This document shows, one piece after another, positions 7,650 through 15,803 of a DNA stretch of 15,866 nt (positions are counted from its first letter, which is position 1; each line of letters starts with the position of its first letter). This DNA is from a bacterium (GTDB taxonomy: Bacteria; JAMCPX01). The position numbers and the translations under genes were made by a program. The notes beneath the pieces were generated by a model. It did no database searches. It was given only the letters and a program-made list of their open reading frames with translations, and was not told the origin of the DNA. The DNA lies in assembly GCA_037439545.1 (NCBI GenBank), contig JBBIVV010000046.1, forward strand, positions 1 to 15,866. The letters are read 5' to 3'.

Positions 7650-7670
7650 CCCTTGCAAAATTCTCAATCT

Positions 7671-9632
7671 TTATTCCTTTGTTATGGTAAATTCAACCCT
7701 TCTATTCTTCGCCCTTCCCACTGCCGTAGTATTGGTTGCAATGGGCATCATCATACCGAAGCCTTTTGCGTCAAGCCTGTCAGGCGATATCCCGTGATTG
7801 AGCATGTACTTCATAACAGCATCTGCACGTGCCTGCGACAATCTGAGGTTATACGTGGGCGATCCCACATTGTCGGTGTAGCCTTCTATCCTTACGTTGA
7901 TCGTGGGGTTGTCCTTTAAAACCTGGACGATCTCATCGAGTAATGAGTAGGAATCTTCCACTATCGCCGCCCTGCCTGATTCAAAGTGTATAGCTTCTGT
8001 AATGACTATTTTTTTCTGTGCCTTTTCAAGGATTACCCTCGGTTTCTTCTGTGACGCAACCGGTGGCGGAGGCGGGGGCGCAGTCTGTTTTTGTTCGAGC
8101 ACAAAATTCGCAATGGTCTTTATCATGTTTTTGATCTGGATATTTATAGTTTTACTGACAAATCCCTGAGCGGCTACCGTAACTTCGTAGCTGCCCGGCG
8201 CTAACTTAACGAAGTAGAATCCCGTTCTCGGGTCTGTTGCAGCCGGAGGCTGTGCTGTGTTCGAAAAAGTTATAACTGCAGCAAGAGGCTTACCCGTAGT
8301 ATCCGTTATCGTTCCGGCAAGCGCTCCAATAAGTATAAGTTTCTTCAGGGTAATTTCCTGGCTTGTCGTTTGGCCTGTCACTACGGTTCCATAAACTGCC
8401 GAAGGCTGATACCCTTCTTTTGAAAATTCCAGTCTTACGGGACCCGCTTCCATGGGACAGCCGGTAAATGAGCCGTTATCTCCGGTTATGATGTCCGACA
8501 CATCCTTACCCGGGAATTTTACGATTACATCCGGGACAGGCTGACCTGACTGTGCATCGAGTACGACACCGGCCATCTTTCCCTTTTCCAGCGGCGGGGC
8601 CTCAATCTTCTGTATAACGACCATTGCCCCGGGCAGCATGGTATAACTTACTCCGAGTATAACGTCCCATAGGGGGACGGATCTTACATCCACGGTTTTT
8701 CCCGGTGTGCCTGTTACAGGGATTTTTTCCAACTTTGTAAGGCCTATGTCAACTGCTGCATCGACAGCAAGGCCTTTTGCAGGGGTAAATCTGAAACCCG
8801 GGGTAACATACTGAGGTGATTCATTGTAACTCAGATGTGCAAGCGAAGAATTCTTCCCGGTATTAAGAAGCTGGTTAGTATAGTATTGTATAAACGGCGT
8901 AAGATAGGGACTGGGAAATTCCATGGCCGCTGCGCCGATCACCTGGTCGTCATGGTAAATACCGAGTGCGTACTCCTCCTCACTACGCGGTATGCCAAGG
9001 GCATACATCGAGGCAACAGAACCGTACGAGCCTATGGTATAGTCAGGGGCAGGGAGCAGGTATCTTGATCTATCCCACTTATAGCCTAAATTTACATGAA
9101 ATCTAAAAGGAATGTCCTGCGAAGCATCGAGATCGACTGTCCAAAGCGTCCTCACGCCGAAGCTCGTCGCACCCAATTGATATCCAAGCTGATTGTTGCC
9201 GGTCATTAATTGAGAGAAGGCATCGAGTCCGATTGCAAAACCGGGAGAGACAAGGGCGCTTAATTTTAAACCGCCGGACAAATCGCCGATCATCTGATAT
9301 ATGTCATTCCTGTTTGTCTTACTGTTCGTTATCGTCTGTGCCGAGTTCGATTGATTCAGAAACAGCTCGATCCAGTCCGCTGCACCGTACGTAATATTGA
9401 CATTCCCTTCGAGCCTCTGGTTGACATCGGTTGCCGTATTCAGGAGGTCTGTCGAGCGGAAATATAAACCGTCTACACCGAGCATTACGCCTGTTGCAGG
9501 CAGACTCTCGGCAGATATGACTCTTATTATTCCGGTCTCGCCGCCCAGCGCCGGGCCTATCGGTGAAGCTCCATAAGCTTTGACCCCCACGAGAAAGATA
9601 AGTACGCCCGCAAACCGCACTAATTTTTTCAT
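7671..9632 (-). CDS. OmpA-family outer membrane protein with two carboxypeptidase-regulatory-like domains
   Basis: Signal peptide (MKKLVRFAGVLIFLVGVKAYG), amphipathic beta-strand N-terminal half, two GxxxGxxxD..GxP beta-sandwich repeats, PPPPPP linker and OmpA C-domain (IEGYTD, NLRLSQARA, NRRVEF). SD GAGGAGG. Confidence 0.92.
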   Translation of the reverse strand: MKKLVRFAGVLIFLVGVKAYGASPIGPALGGETGIIRVISAESLPATGVMLGVDGLYFRSTDLLNTATDVNQRLEGNVNITYGAADWIELFLNQSNSAQTITNSKTNRNDIYQMIGDLSGGLKLSALVSPGFAIGLDAFSQLMTGNNQLGYQLGATSFGVRTLWTVDLDASQDIPFRFHVNLGYKWDRSRYLLPAPDYTIGSYGSVASMYALGIPRSEEEYALGIYHDDQVIGAAAMEFPSPYLTPFIQYYTNQLLNTGKNSSLAHLSYNESPQYVTPGFRFTPAKGLAVDAAVDIGLTKLEKIPVTGTPGKTVDVRSVPLWDVILGVSYTMLPGAMVVIQKIEAPPLEKGKMAGVVLDAQSGQPVPDVIVKFPGKDVSDIITGDNGSFTGCPMEAGPVRLEFSKEGYQPSAVYGTVVTGQTTSQEITLKKLILIGALAGTITDTTGKPLAAVITFSNTAQPPAATDPRTGFYFVKLAPGSYEVTVAAQGFVSKTINIQIKNMIKTIANFVLEQKQTAPPPPPPVASQKKPRVILEKAQKKIVITEAIHFESGRAAIVEDSYSLLDEIVQVLKDNPTINVRIEGYTDNVGSPTYNLRLSQARADAVMKYMLNHGISPDRLDAKGFGMMMPIATNTTAVGRAKNRRVEFTITKE

Positions 9633-9658
9633 ACTGCCTCCTCTTCTTTGTCTATCAG

Positions 9659-9687
9659 ATAGTACCTTATTTACAGGACAAATACAA
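9659..9687 (-). promoter_or_regulatory. Putative sigma70 promoter of the OmpA-family gene
   Basis: TTGTAT, 17-nt spacer, TACTAT on the minus strand, upstream of the SD. Confidence 0.45.
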
Positions 9688-9730
9688 TTCAGTCAAGCAG
9701 AGGTAAATTCCAGCGGGAATCCCTATGCAT

Positions 9731-9821
9731 GTCATTCCCGCGAAAGCGGGAATCCGGAAAGGCTGTCCATCAGAGGGCGGAGCCGTCTTTGGTTGAGATT
9801 CCGTATCGATCACGGAATGAC
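9731..9821. repeat. Palindromic element with GTCATTCC...GGAATGAC ends (RPE-4/dRS3-like)
   Basis: Left arm GTCATTCCCGCGAAAGCGGGAATCC, right arm GATTCCGTATCGATCACGGAATGAC. Each arm forms a hairpin and the termini are 8-bp inverted repeats. A degenerate partial copy (ATTCCAGCGGGAATCC) lies at 9707-9722. Confidence 0.75.
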
Positions 9822-10676
9822 GGAATTATGATAAAATTCTGCGTCTGTCACTTTTTTCTTCGGATTCAGCATGGATATCATTTCTTTGGAATATCCGTTC
9901 GTTTCATGCACAATCAGCGGCGGAATTACCCTGAGCTGTTTTCCCCGGCCCTTTCTTGCGAGCATCAAGAATACATCCGAAGGCTTGAGCGCTGTTCTGT
10001 GGACAAACCGGATTTCTTCGATGTGAAATCCCCGTGCATTCAAAAAAACATCGTTTATCCTGCACGTGAGAAACAACATGATCAGACAGCCATCGGGCTT
10101 TAAAAGGTACCGTGCTGCCTTAAAAACATCTTCTATCGTCAGGTATCCATCGCTGCGGGCTGTATCCGTTCCACGCTTTTTACTCCTTTTGCCAGTGCCC
10201 TGCCGGTAAAAAGGCGGGTTTGTTATGAGAGTATGGAAAGACTGCGGCTTAAAAAGTTGCTTGTATGCGTTGATGTCTCTGTTGATAAAGGTAACTTTCT
10301 TTTCGCATGCGTGTAATTCAAGATTTTTTAAAGATGCCTCGTACGATGACCTTTCGATCTCGACCCCTGTTACCCCGGTAACCTTATGGTGTTTTGAAAG
10401 CAATATACCGGTAACACCCGATGCAGACCCTATTTCAAGCACATTGCCCCGCGCCTGCTGGATTGCAAAACCGTACAGAATAACGGTATCTATATTTATT
10501 CTGTAGCCGTTGACCGGCTGATAGAAGGTGAACTCCGGCCTTATGATGCTGTCGAGGGTGAATTCCGTGAGAAGCTTTTTCCATTCAGAAGTCGATATCG
10601 GATCAGAGTAATTGATTCCTGATGAACAGCTTTCTAACGGGGCTAACGTGCTAAGTCCCGCTCTTCCATGACGCAA
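9810..10676 (-). CDS. SAM-dependent methyltransferase, tRNA1(Val) A37 N6-methyltransferase (TrmN6/YfiC)-like; start uncertain
   Basis: [16 protein letters not shown], motif [10 protein letters not shown], catalytic [16 protein letters not shown] and PPLIVH, in the order typical of this family. Confidence 0.85.
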   Translation of the reverse strand: MRHGRAGLSTLAPLESCSSGINYSDPISTSEWKKLLTEFTLDSIIRPEFTFYQPVNGYRINIDTVILYGFAIQQARGNVLEIGSASGVTGILLSKHHKVTGVTGVEIERSSYEASLKNLELHACEKKVTFINRDINAYKQLFKPQSFHTLITNPPFYRQGTGKRSKKRGTDTARSDGYLTIEDVFKAARYLLKPDGCLIMLFLTCRINDVFLNARGFHIEEIRFVHRTALKPSDVFLMLARKGRGKQLRVIPPLIVHETNGYSKEMISMLNPKKKVTDAEFYHNSVIP

Positions 10677-11934
10677 GATATGCCTTCTGCTGGGGCGTCA
10701 GGGTGTCGATATTTATCCCGAGCGTTTTCAGCTTTATTATGGCAATATTTTTATCGATATCACCGGGCACAGGGTACACAGCCTTCTCGAGCCTCGCTGC
10801 ATTGTCTTTTAAATATGCGACTGAAAGCGCCTGGTTTGCAAAGCTCATGTCCATGACGCTTGAAGGGTGTCCCTCTGCCGCAGACAGGTTTACCAGCCTT
10901 CCGTCCGCAAGTACATATATAGAACGCCCGTTCGGCAGACGGTACTCTTCGACAAAGTCCCTGACCTCTTTGCGTCCCTTTGCTATGCTCTTGAGTGTGT
11001 CGAGATCGAGTTCTACATTGAAGTGTCCGGAATTGGCAACAATCGCCCCGTCCTTCATATTCATAAATTCGTTTCCGGATATGACCGTCGTATCTCCGGT
11101 TACCGTCACGAATATATCTCCGGTTTTTGCAGCGTCGATAATGGGCATGACATCGTATCCGTCCATAACAGCCTCAAGCGCCCTTATCGGATCGACTTCC
11201 GTTATGATGACCCTTGCCCCCATACCGCTTGCCCGCATCGCAACACCCCTGCCGCACCAGCCGTATCCGCACACGACGAACACAGAGCCTGCAATAAGCC
11301 TGTTCGTCGCACGCAGTATGCCGTCCACAGTGCTCTGGCCTGTGCCATAACGGTTATCGAATAGATGCTTCGTGTAAGCGTCATTGACCGAGATTATCGG
11401 GTACGCAAGCTTCTTTTGCTTTGCCATACTCCTCAGTCTGATGACGCCGGTCGTCGTTTCTTCCGTTCCGCCTATGATATTTCCGAGCAGCGCCCTTTTT
11501 TTCGTATGTATCGTCGTGACGAGATCAGCCCCGTCATCCATCGTTACCATAGGTTCTGTTTCAAGCACAGACATAAGGTGCCGGTAATAGGTGTCTGTAT
11601 CCTCTCCTTTAATGGCAAAGGTAGGCACGTCAAAATGCTTTACGAGCGACGCTGCGACGTCATCTTGTGTGCTCAATGGATTCGATGCAGCAAGGACCAC
11701 ATCAGCGCCCCCGGCCTTCAAAATACGCATAAGATTTGCTGTTTCCGTCGTCACATGGAGGCATGCTGCAACCTTTATGCCCTTCAGCGGCTTATGCTTG
11801 CTGAAATCCTTCTCTATCAGTTTGAGCACGCCCATTGACTTATACGCCCATTCAATGCGCTGTTTCCCGGCCTGTGCCATATCCATATCTTTTACGTCAT
11901 ACGCTCTTTCTGCAGCTTCCCTGTGTGCCTTCAT
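10651..11934 (-). CDS. ahcY: Adenosylhomocysteinase (SAH hydrolase)
   Basis: Motifs [54 protein letters not shown] and [18 protein letters not shown] overlap with metK. Confidence 0.98.
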   Translation of the reverse strand: MKAHREAAERAYDVKDMDMAQAGKQRIEWAYKSMGVLKLIEKDFSKHKPLKGIKVAACLHVTTETANLMRILKAGGADVVLAASNPLSTQDDVAASLVKHFDVPTFAIKGEDTDTYYRHLMSVLETEPMVTMDDGADLVTTIHTKKRALLGNIIGGTEETTTGVIRLRSMAKQKKLAYPIISVNDAYTKHLFDNRYGTGQSTVDGILRATNRLIAGSVFVVCGYGWCGRGVAMRASGMGARVIITEVDPIRALEAVMDGYDVMPIIDAAKTGDIFVTVTGDTTVISGNEFMNMKDGAIVANSGHFNVELDLDTLKSIAKGRKEVRDFVEEYRLPNGRSIYVLADGRLVNLSAAEGHPSSVMDMSFANQALSVAYLKDNAARLEKAVYPVPGDIDKNIAIIKLKTLGINIDTLTPQQKAYLASWKSGT

Positions 11935-13088
11935 CTGTTCACCTCTTTCAATAGTGCCTGTGATTTATCCGTTCTTTCCCAGGTAAATCCCTTGTCTGTT
12001 CTTCCGAAATGTCCGTAAGCAGCAGTCTTGCGGTATTTGGGCTCTAAAAGACTGAGCTCTTTTATAATACCTGCCGGGTCCATCCGGAACACCCTGCTTA
12101 CAGCTTTTTCCAGTTTTTCATTTGCCGTCTTGCCGGTACCGAAGGTATCGACCATTATGGAAACCGGGTCGGGAATTCCTATCGCATACGCAAGCTGGAC
12201 CTCGCATCTGTCGGCAAGACCGGATGCAACTATATTTTTAGCTACGTAGCGTGCCATGTAGGATCCGCTCCTGTCCACTTTTGACGGGTCCTTGCCTGAA
12301 AAAGCTCCGCCGCCGTGTCTCCCAAAACCGCCATACGTGTCAACGATGATCTTTCTTCCGGTGAGCCCTGTGTCGCCGTGTGGACCGCCGATGACAAACC
12401 TGCCTGTCGGGTTTATAAAGTATCTGGTTTCTTTTCTTATAAGTTTTGCAGGGATGACCTTTCTTATGACCTCTTCTATAATCGCCTCTTTCAATTTATT
12501 GTTTGAAACATCTTCCGAGTGCTGTGCCGCAACGACGATTGCTTTTATTCCAACCGGCTTGTTGTCCTCATACTCGACTGTTACCTGTGATTTGCCGTCG
12601 GGCCTGAGAAACTTCAGGGTGCCGTTGTGCCTTACCTCTGCAAGTCTCCGGGAAAGTGCATTGGCATAAAATATCGGAGCAGGCATAAGTGTCTTCGTCT
12701 CATTTATCGCATACCCGAACATCATTCCCTGATCTCCGGCGCCGAGCTTGTCCTTTCCCCTGTTGACCCCCATTGCAATGTCCGGCGACTGCTGCTTTAC
12801 GGAAACGATTACGCCGCATGATCTCCAGTCATACCCCATATCCGGATCGTCATACCCGATGTCTTTTATGACATCCCGTGCAATATCGGCAAACGCAAGA
12901 TTTGCCTTCGTGGTTATCTCGCCTGCAATGACCGCAAGCCCTGTTGTCACGAGCGTTTCGCACGCGACCCTTGAATACTTGTCCTGTGCAAGTGCGGCAT
13001 CGAGAATGGCATCCGAAACCTGATCCGCGAGCTTATCAGGATGTCCTTCTGTTACCGACTCCGATGTAAACAAATACCTGTTCTTCAT
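11931..13088 (-). CDS. metK: S-adenosylmethionine synthetase
   Basis: Motifs [33 protein letters not shown] and [16 protein letters not shown]. Start placed at ATG 13088, which follows SD AAGGAG. Confidence 0.98.
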   Translation of the reverse strand: MKNRYLFTSESVTEGHPDKLADQVSDAILDAALAQDKYSRVACETLVTTGLAVIAGEITTKANLAFADIARDVIKDIGYDDPDMGYDWRSCGVIVSVKQQSPDIAMGVNRGKDKLGAGDQGMMFGYAINETKTLMPAPIFYANALSRRLAEVRHNGTLKFLRPDGKSQVTVEYEDNKPVGIKAIVVAAQHSEDVSNNKLKEAIIEEVIRKVIPAKLIRKETRYFINPTGRFVIGGPHGDTGLTGRKIIVDTYGGFGRHGGGAFSGKDPSKVDRSGSYMARYVAKNIVASGLADRCEVQLAYAIGIPDPVSIMVDTFGTGKTANEKLEKAVSRVFRMDPAGIIKELSLLEPKYRKTAAYGHFGRTDKGFTWERTDKSQALLKEVNR

Positions 13089-13257
13089 TACTGACTCCTT
13101 TTTTATTTTTTGTCCCGTGAGAAACGTGTACAATGTGCTCTGTATAAAACACACAAAACATTGCAACGAAAACCGGATGAAAGATTATACATTAATTTCC
13201 AACGGTGTAAACATAAATTGCAACATATAGTCTATCTTTATCATAGTCAAGCGTGCA

Positions 13258-13374
13258 TTGAACGGGTTCTCGTCGCAATCCCCGCTATTTATAGCAGGGG
13301 CAAGGCGAGCTATACGATTAACTTTATTCCTTACCGGCGAAGAATCCACGCTGTTTACAGCGTGGGTTCTTCAA
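13258..13374. mobile_element. 117-bp non-coding double-hairpin MITE-like element, possibly IS200/IS605-related
   Basis: Ends TTGAA...TTCAA. Subterminal hairpins CCCCGCTAT-TT-ATAGC(A)GGGG (13280-13300) and GAAGAATCCACGCTG-TTTA-CAGCGTGGGTTCTTC (13339-13372). No transposase in the window. Confidence 0.55.
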
Positions 13375-13405
13375 TCTTCTGCGAGGAGTGCAATGACCTG
13401 CCTGC

Positions 13406-13433
13406 TTGACTTTAAACCTGATACCTATACGTT
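13406..13433 (+). promoter_or_regulatory. Putative sigma70 promoter of ruvX (leaderless)
   Basis: TTGACT, 16-nt spacer, TACGTT, then 7 nt to ATG 13441. No SD. Confidence 0.5.
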
Positions 13434-13440
13434 GATCACC

Positions 13441-13875
13441 ATGAAAAGAATTCTTGCAATAGATTATGGCACGATACGGATGGGTCTGGCGGTCAACGAC
13501 GCACTCGGCATAACCGCTCAGGGCATTTGCAGCCTTAAAAGGACTTCTCTGGAGAATGACCTGGCAAAAATAAAAGAGGTGTCAGCATCTCATCATGTGG
13601 AAGAGATCGTCGTCGGCATGCCCTATATGCTGAGCGGTGAAAAGGGAGGCAAGGCAAAAGAAGTGGAGGAATTCATAGCCATCCTCAAGCAGCATCTTCA
13701 ACTGCCCGTCCATGAGTGGGACGAACGTTATACCACGGTGCAGGCAGAGGAGGTCCTCGATAGTGCCGGGGTAAAGAGAAAAAAGAAAAAAGCCGTGGTC
13801 GATATGCTTGCCGCAACCTTTATCCTCGAAAGTTATATGGAGAACTTGAAAAATAACCCGGGTCATCGAGGTTAA
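13441..13875 (+). CDS. ruvX: YqgF/RuvX family pre-16S rRNA nuclease (Holliday junction resolvase-like)
   Basis: MKRILAIDYGTIRMGLAV, IVVGMP, WDERYTT and VDMLAATFILESY. Family-like sequence begins at ATG 13441. Confidence 0.95.
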   Translation: MKRILAIDYGTIRMGLAVNDALGITAQGICSLKRTSLENDLAKIKEVSASHHVEEIVVGMPYMLSGEKGGKAKEVEEFIAILKQHLQLPVHEWDERYTTVQAEEVLDSAGVKRKKKKAVVDMLAATFILESYMENLKNNPGHRG

Positions 13876-13884
13876 TTTAAACAG

Positions 13885-13913
13885 TTGACATTCGTATAAA
13901 AGGAAATTAGTCT
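13885..13913 (+). promoter_or_regulatory. Putative sigma70 promoter (leaderless)
   Basis: TTGACA, 17-nt spacer, TAGTCT, then 7 nt to ATG 13921. Confidence 0.65.
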
Positions 13914-13920
13914 TTAGTAT

Positions 13921-14401
13921 ATGAAGCTCAAAAGCATAGTCGTGTTTGTATTATTTCTGCTGACTTTATCGGTCGGAAGTTTCAACGCATCTGCAAAAGA
14001 TTCCCCTTTTACCCAAGAGGACAGGGACAGGATTATAAAAGTGGAGGCAAAGCTTGAGATGGGATTTCATCAGATAGACAAAAGATTTGAGCAGATAGAT
14101 AAGAGATTTGAGCAAGTAGATAAAAGATTTGAAAGCGTTGATAAGCGGTTTGATGATATTAATAAACGATTTGATCAAATGATGAGCGTTTTATGGATTC
14201 TGACGACCGTCTTTACAGGGATAACGATTTCAACCATCGGTTTTGCAGTGTGGGACAGAAGGAGAAAGATACGACCTATTTGAAAGCAGGATGAAAGAAC
14301 TTGAAGAAGGAAAGATTGACAAGATTGTCTCTTCTCTAAAAGAGCTTGCCAAAAAAGATATTAAGGTTGCAGAGGTTTTAAAGAAATTTAATCTATTTTA
14401 G
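13921..14401 (+). pseudogene. Heptad-repeat coiled-coil membrane protein with a probable 1-nt frameshift near 14278 (ORF as written is 13921..14283)
   Basis: Signal peptide, DKRFEQ(I/V) heptads, a TM helix and WDRR. After ...IRP the +1 frame continues FESRMKELEEGKIDKIVSSLKELAKKDIKVAEVLKKFNLF to the TAG at 14399-14401. Confidence 0.65.
14071..14175 (+). repeat. Five degenerate 21-bp coding tandem repeats
   Basis: CAGATAGACAAAAGATTTGAG / CAGATAGATAAGAGATTTGAG / CAAGTAGATAAAAGATTTGAA / AGCGTTGATAAGCGGTTTGAT / GATATTAATAAACGATTTGAT. Confidence 0.9.
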
Positions 14402-14448
14402 AAACCGCGTGTCTTTCTTTTTACGACTCCATGTTTATATTATGACGC

Positions 14449-14859
14449 ATGACTGAACAGGAATTATGGAAACAGGTTCAATCTGATCCGTCAAATGAGG
14501 CGTTACACCAAAACTATGTGAACGCGTGCGTGAAAAACAACCTCGAGAAAGAAGCCATTCAACGCTACCGGCAGGTGCAGGACCAGTACCCTCAGCTATC
14601 GGCAAAATTCACAAAACAACTGACGACCGTCCTCCAGTTCAAATTCATGCCTGCACACAGCGACATAGAGGCACTCAAGCCAAAAAAAAATCTATTGCTC
14701 AGATTATTCGGCTTTGAATACTCCATTTTAATCTCAGGCGTGCTCTCCCTTGCTTACGGAATAATCGCTCCATCCGCTTCACAGACATGGCTGGGCATCG
14801 TGATCATCGTGGGGTTTATGGCTTACAAATACATAAGGGTAAAACGTGTAAGACGTTAA
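14449..14859 (+). CDS. Hypothetical membrane protein with two C-terminal TM helices
   Basis: Helical soluble N-terminus, hydrophobic segments SILISGVLSLAYGII and WLGIVIIVGFMAY, and a basic tail. Confidence 0.75.
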   Translation: MTEQELWKQVQSDPSNEALHQNYVNACVKNNLEKEAIQRYRQVQDQYPQLSAKFTKQLTTVLQFKFMPAHSDIEALKPKKNLLLRLFGFEYSILISGVLSLAYGIIAPSASQTWLGIVIIVGFMAYKYIRVKRVRR

Positions 14860-14906
14860 CCCCAAAAATGTATTTTTTTGCTTGGACACCCGTCTTCTTA
14901 TAGTTC

Positions 14907-14942
14907 TTGATATTTTTATTATATGTGTTACATTGTCTTACA
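14907..14942 (+). promoter_or_regulatory. Putative toxin-antitoxin promoter with tandem operator repeats
   Basis: TTGATA, 16-nt spacer, extended -10 TGtTACATT. Direct repeats TGTGTTACA (14924-14932) and TGTCTTACA (14934-14942). Confidence 0.5.
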
Positions 14943-14971
14943 GGCTTATTACAGGGCCTGGGAGGTTGGAA

Positions 14972-15190
14972 ATGAAAGATACCATTACCATACGGCTGCC
15001 CAAAGAGCTTCAAAAGGAATTGGATGCCGTAGCAAAGAGAGAACACGCCTCAAGAAGCGAGCTTATCAGGGACGCGCTTGCGCGCTATATCGCAATAAAG
15101 CATTTCCAGCAATTGAGAAAAAAAGTTCTTCCTTTTGCGGAAGCACAGGGACTGTTGACCGATGAGGACGTTTTCCGGACTATTTCATGA
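14972..15190 (+). CDS. Ribbon-helix-helix (CopG-like) antitoxin
   Basis: TITIRLPKELQKELDAVAKREHASRSELIRDAL. SD GGAGG precedes ATG 14972; ATGA overlap with the PIN gene. Confidence 0.9.
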   Translation: MKDTITIRLPKELQKELDAVAKREHASRSELIRDALARYIAIKHFQQLRKKVLPFAEAQGLLTDEDVFRTIS

Positions 15191-15585
15191 AAATAGTCCT
15201 GGACACGAATGTTATTATAGCTGCCTTTGCGACACGCGGCTTGTGCGCAGAGATCTTCGAAATATGTCTTGCAGACCATGAAATTATTGTAAGCGAACAT
15301 ATCATGCTCGAAGTGGAACGAAACCTTATTAAAAAGTTACATTTACCGGTCAATGCGGTTCAGGATATTATGGGATATATTCGGAACAACAGCGAGATGG
15401 TTGAGCCCGGGACCCTTGAAGAATCTATTTGCAAAGATAAGGAGGATGTCAAGATAATAGGAACAGCGGTGAAGGGCAATGCACGTTTCATAATAACCGG
15501 TGATGACGATTTATTAAGCTTAAAGAAATATCAGGGTGTCGAAATGTTCACGCCGAGGGAATTCTGGGATTACCTGAAAAGTTGA
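15187..15585 (+). CDS. PIN-domain (VapC-like) toxin
   Basis: MKIVLDTNVIIAA, E in IMLEVER, DKED, IITGDDDLL and TPREF retain the acidic PIN residues. Confidence 0.93.
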   Translation: MKIVLDTNVIIAAFATRGLCAEIFEICLADHEIIVSEHIMLEVERNLIKKLHLPVNAVQDIMGYIRNNSEMVEPGTLEESICKDKEDVKIIGTAVKGNARFIITGDDDLLSLKKYQGVEMFTPREFWDYLKS

Positions 15586-15765
15586 ATTTTATCCATGAAT
15601 AGTATAAACTTTTCATTGTATGAAAAAGATTAAAAACAACATAAGTATAACAGGTATCGTGCAACTTTTGCACAACCACGACATCTTTTCATATATTGTG
15701 CTATAATCTTAATAGTTATTATTTTTAACCCATTGTATTTTCATATAGATTTTTCTTTATATGAG

Positions 15766-15781
15766 TGGTATGCTTGTTGCT
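15766..15781 (+). promoter_or_regulatory. Sigma54 (-24/-12) promoter
   Basis: TGGTATGCTTGTTGCT with GG at 15767-68 and GC at 15779-80, exactly 10 nt apart, directly upstream of a pilin-like gene. Confidence 0.75.
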
Positions 15782-15803
15782 AAAGCTTAAGATGGAGGTT
15801 AGT

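Noticed and set aside
9729..10103. 124-aa plus-strand ORF starting MSFPRKRES
   Set aside because: Its start is a translation of the palindromic repeat and the remainder is antisense to the methyltransferase.
200..12821. Many antisense or alternative-frame ORFs (e.g. 734..1426, 4830..5267, 10703..11350, 11365..11838, 12292..12669)
   Set aside because: They largely overlap well-supported genes, have the Ser/Ile/Phe-rich composition typical of shadow frames, and show no recognisable motifs.
13089..13166. N-terminal extension of MetK in the ORF track
   Set aside because: Family-like sequence and a good SD both point to ATG 13088.
13089..13440. SAM riboswitch upstream of metK
   Set aside because: No SAM-I core motifs (ATC..GAG, GCAACC, GTGC...GAT) were recognisable by eye on the minus strand. 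An Rfam/Infernal scan would settle it.
13258..13440. 61-aa N-terminal extension of RuvX
   Set aside because: It is read through the palindromic element and promoter; the YqgF motif begins at ATG 13441.
14071..14175. CRISPR array
   Set aside because: The repeats are contiguous with no spacers, in frame, vary mainly at synonymous positions and encode heptads; no cas genes are present.
14882..14971. Longer antitoxin start at 14882
   Set aside because: The region contains the putative promoter, and GGAGG precedes ATG 14972, where the RHH strand begins.
14972..15585. Prophage or integrative element around the toxin-antitoxin pair
   Set aside because: No integrase, tRNA, att-like repeat or phage gene is visible in the window.
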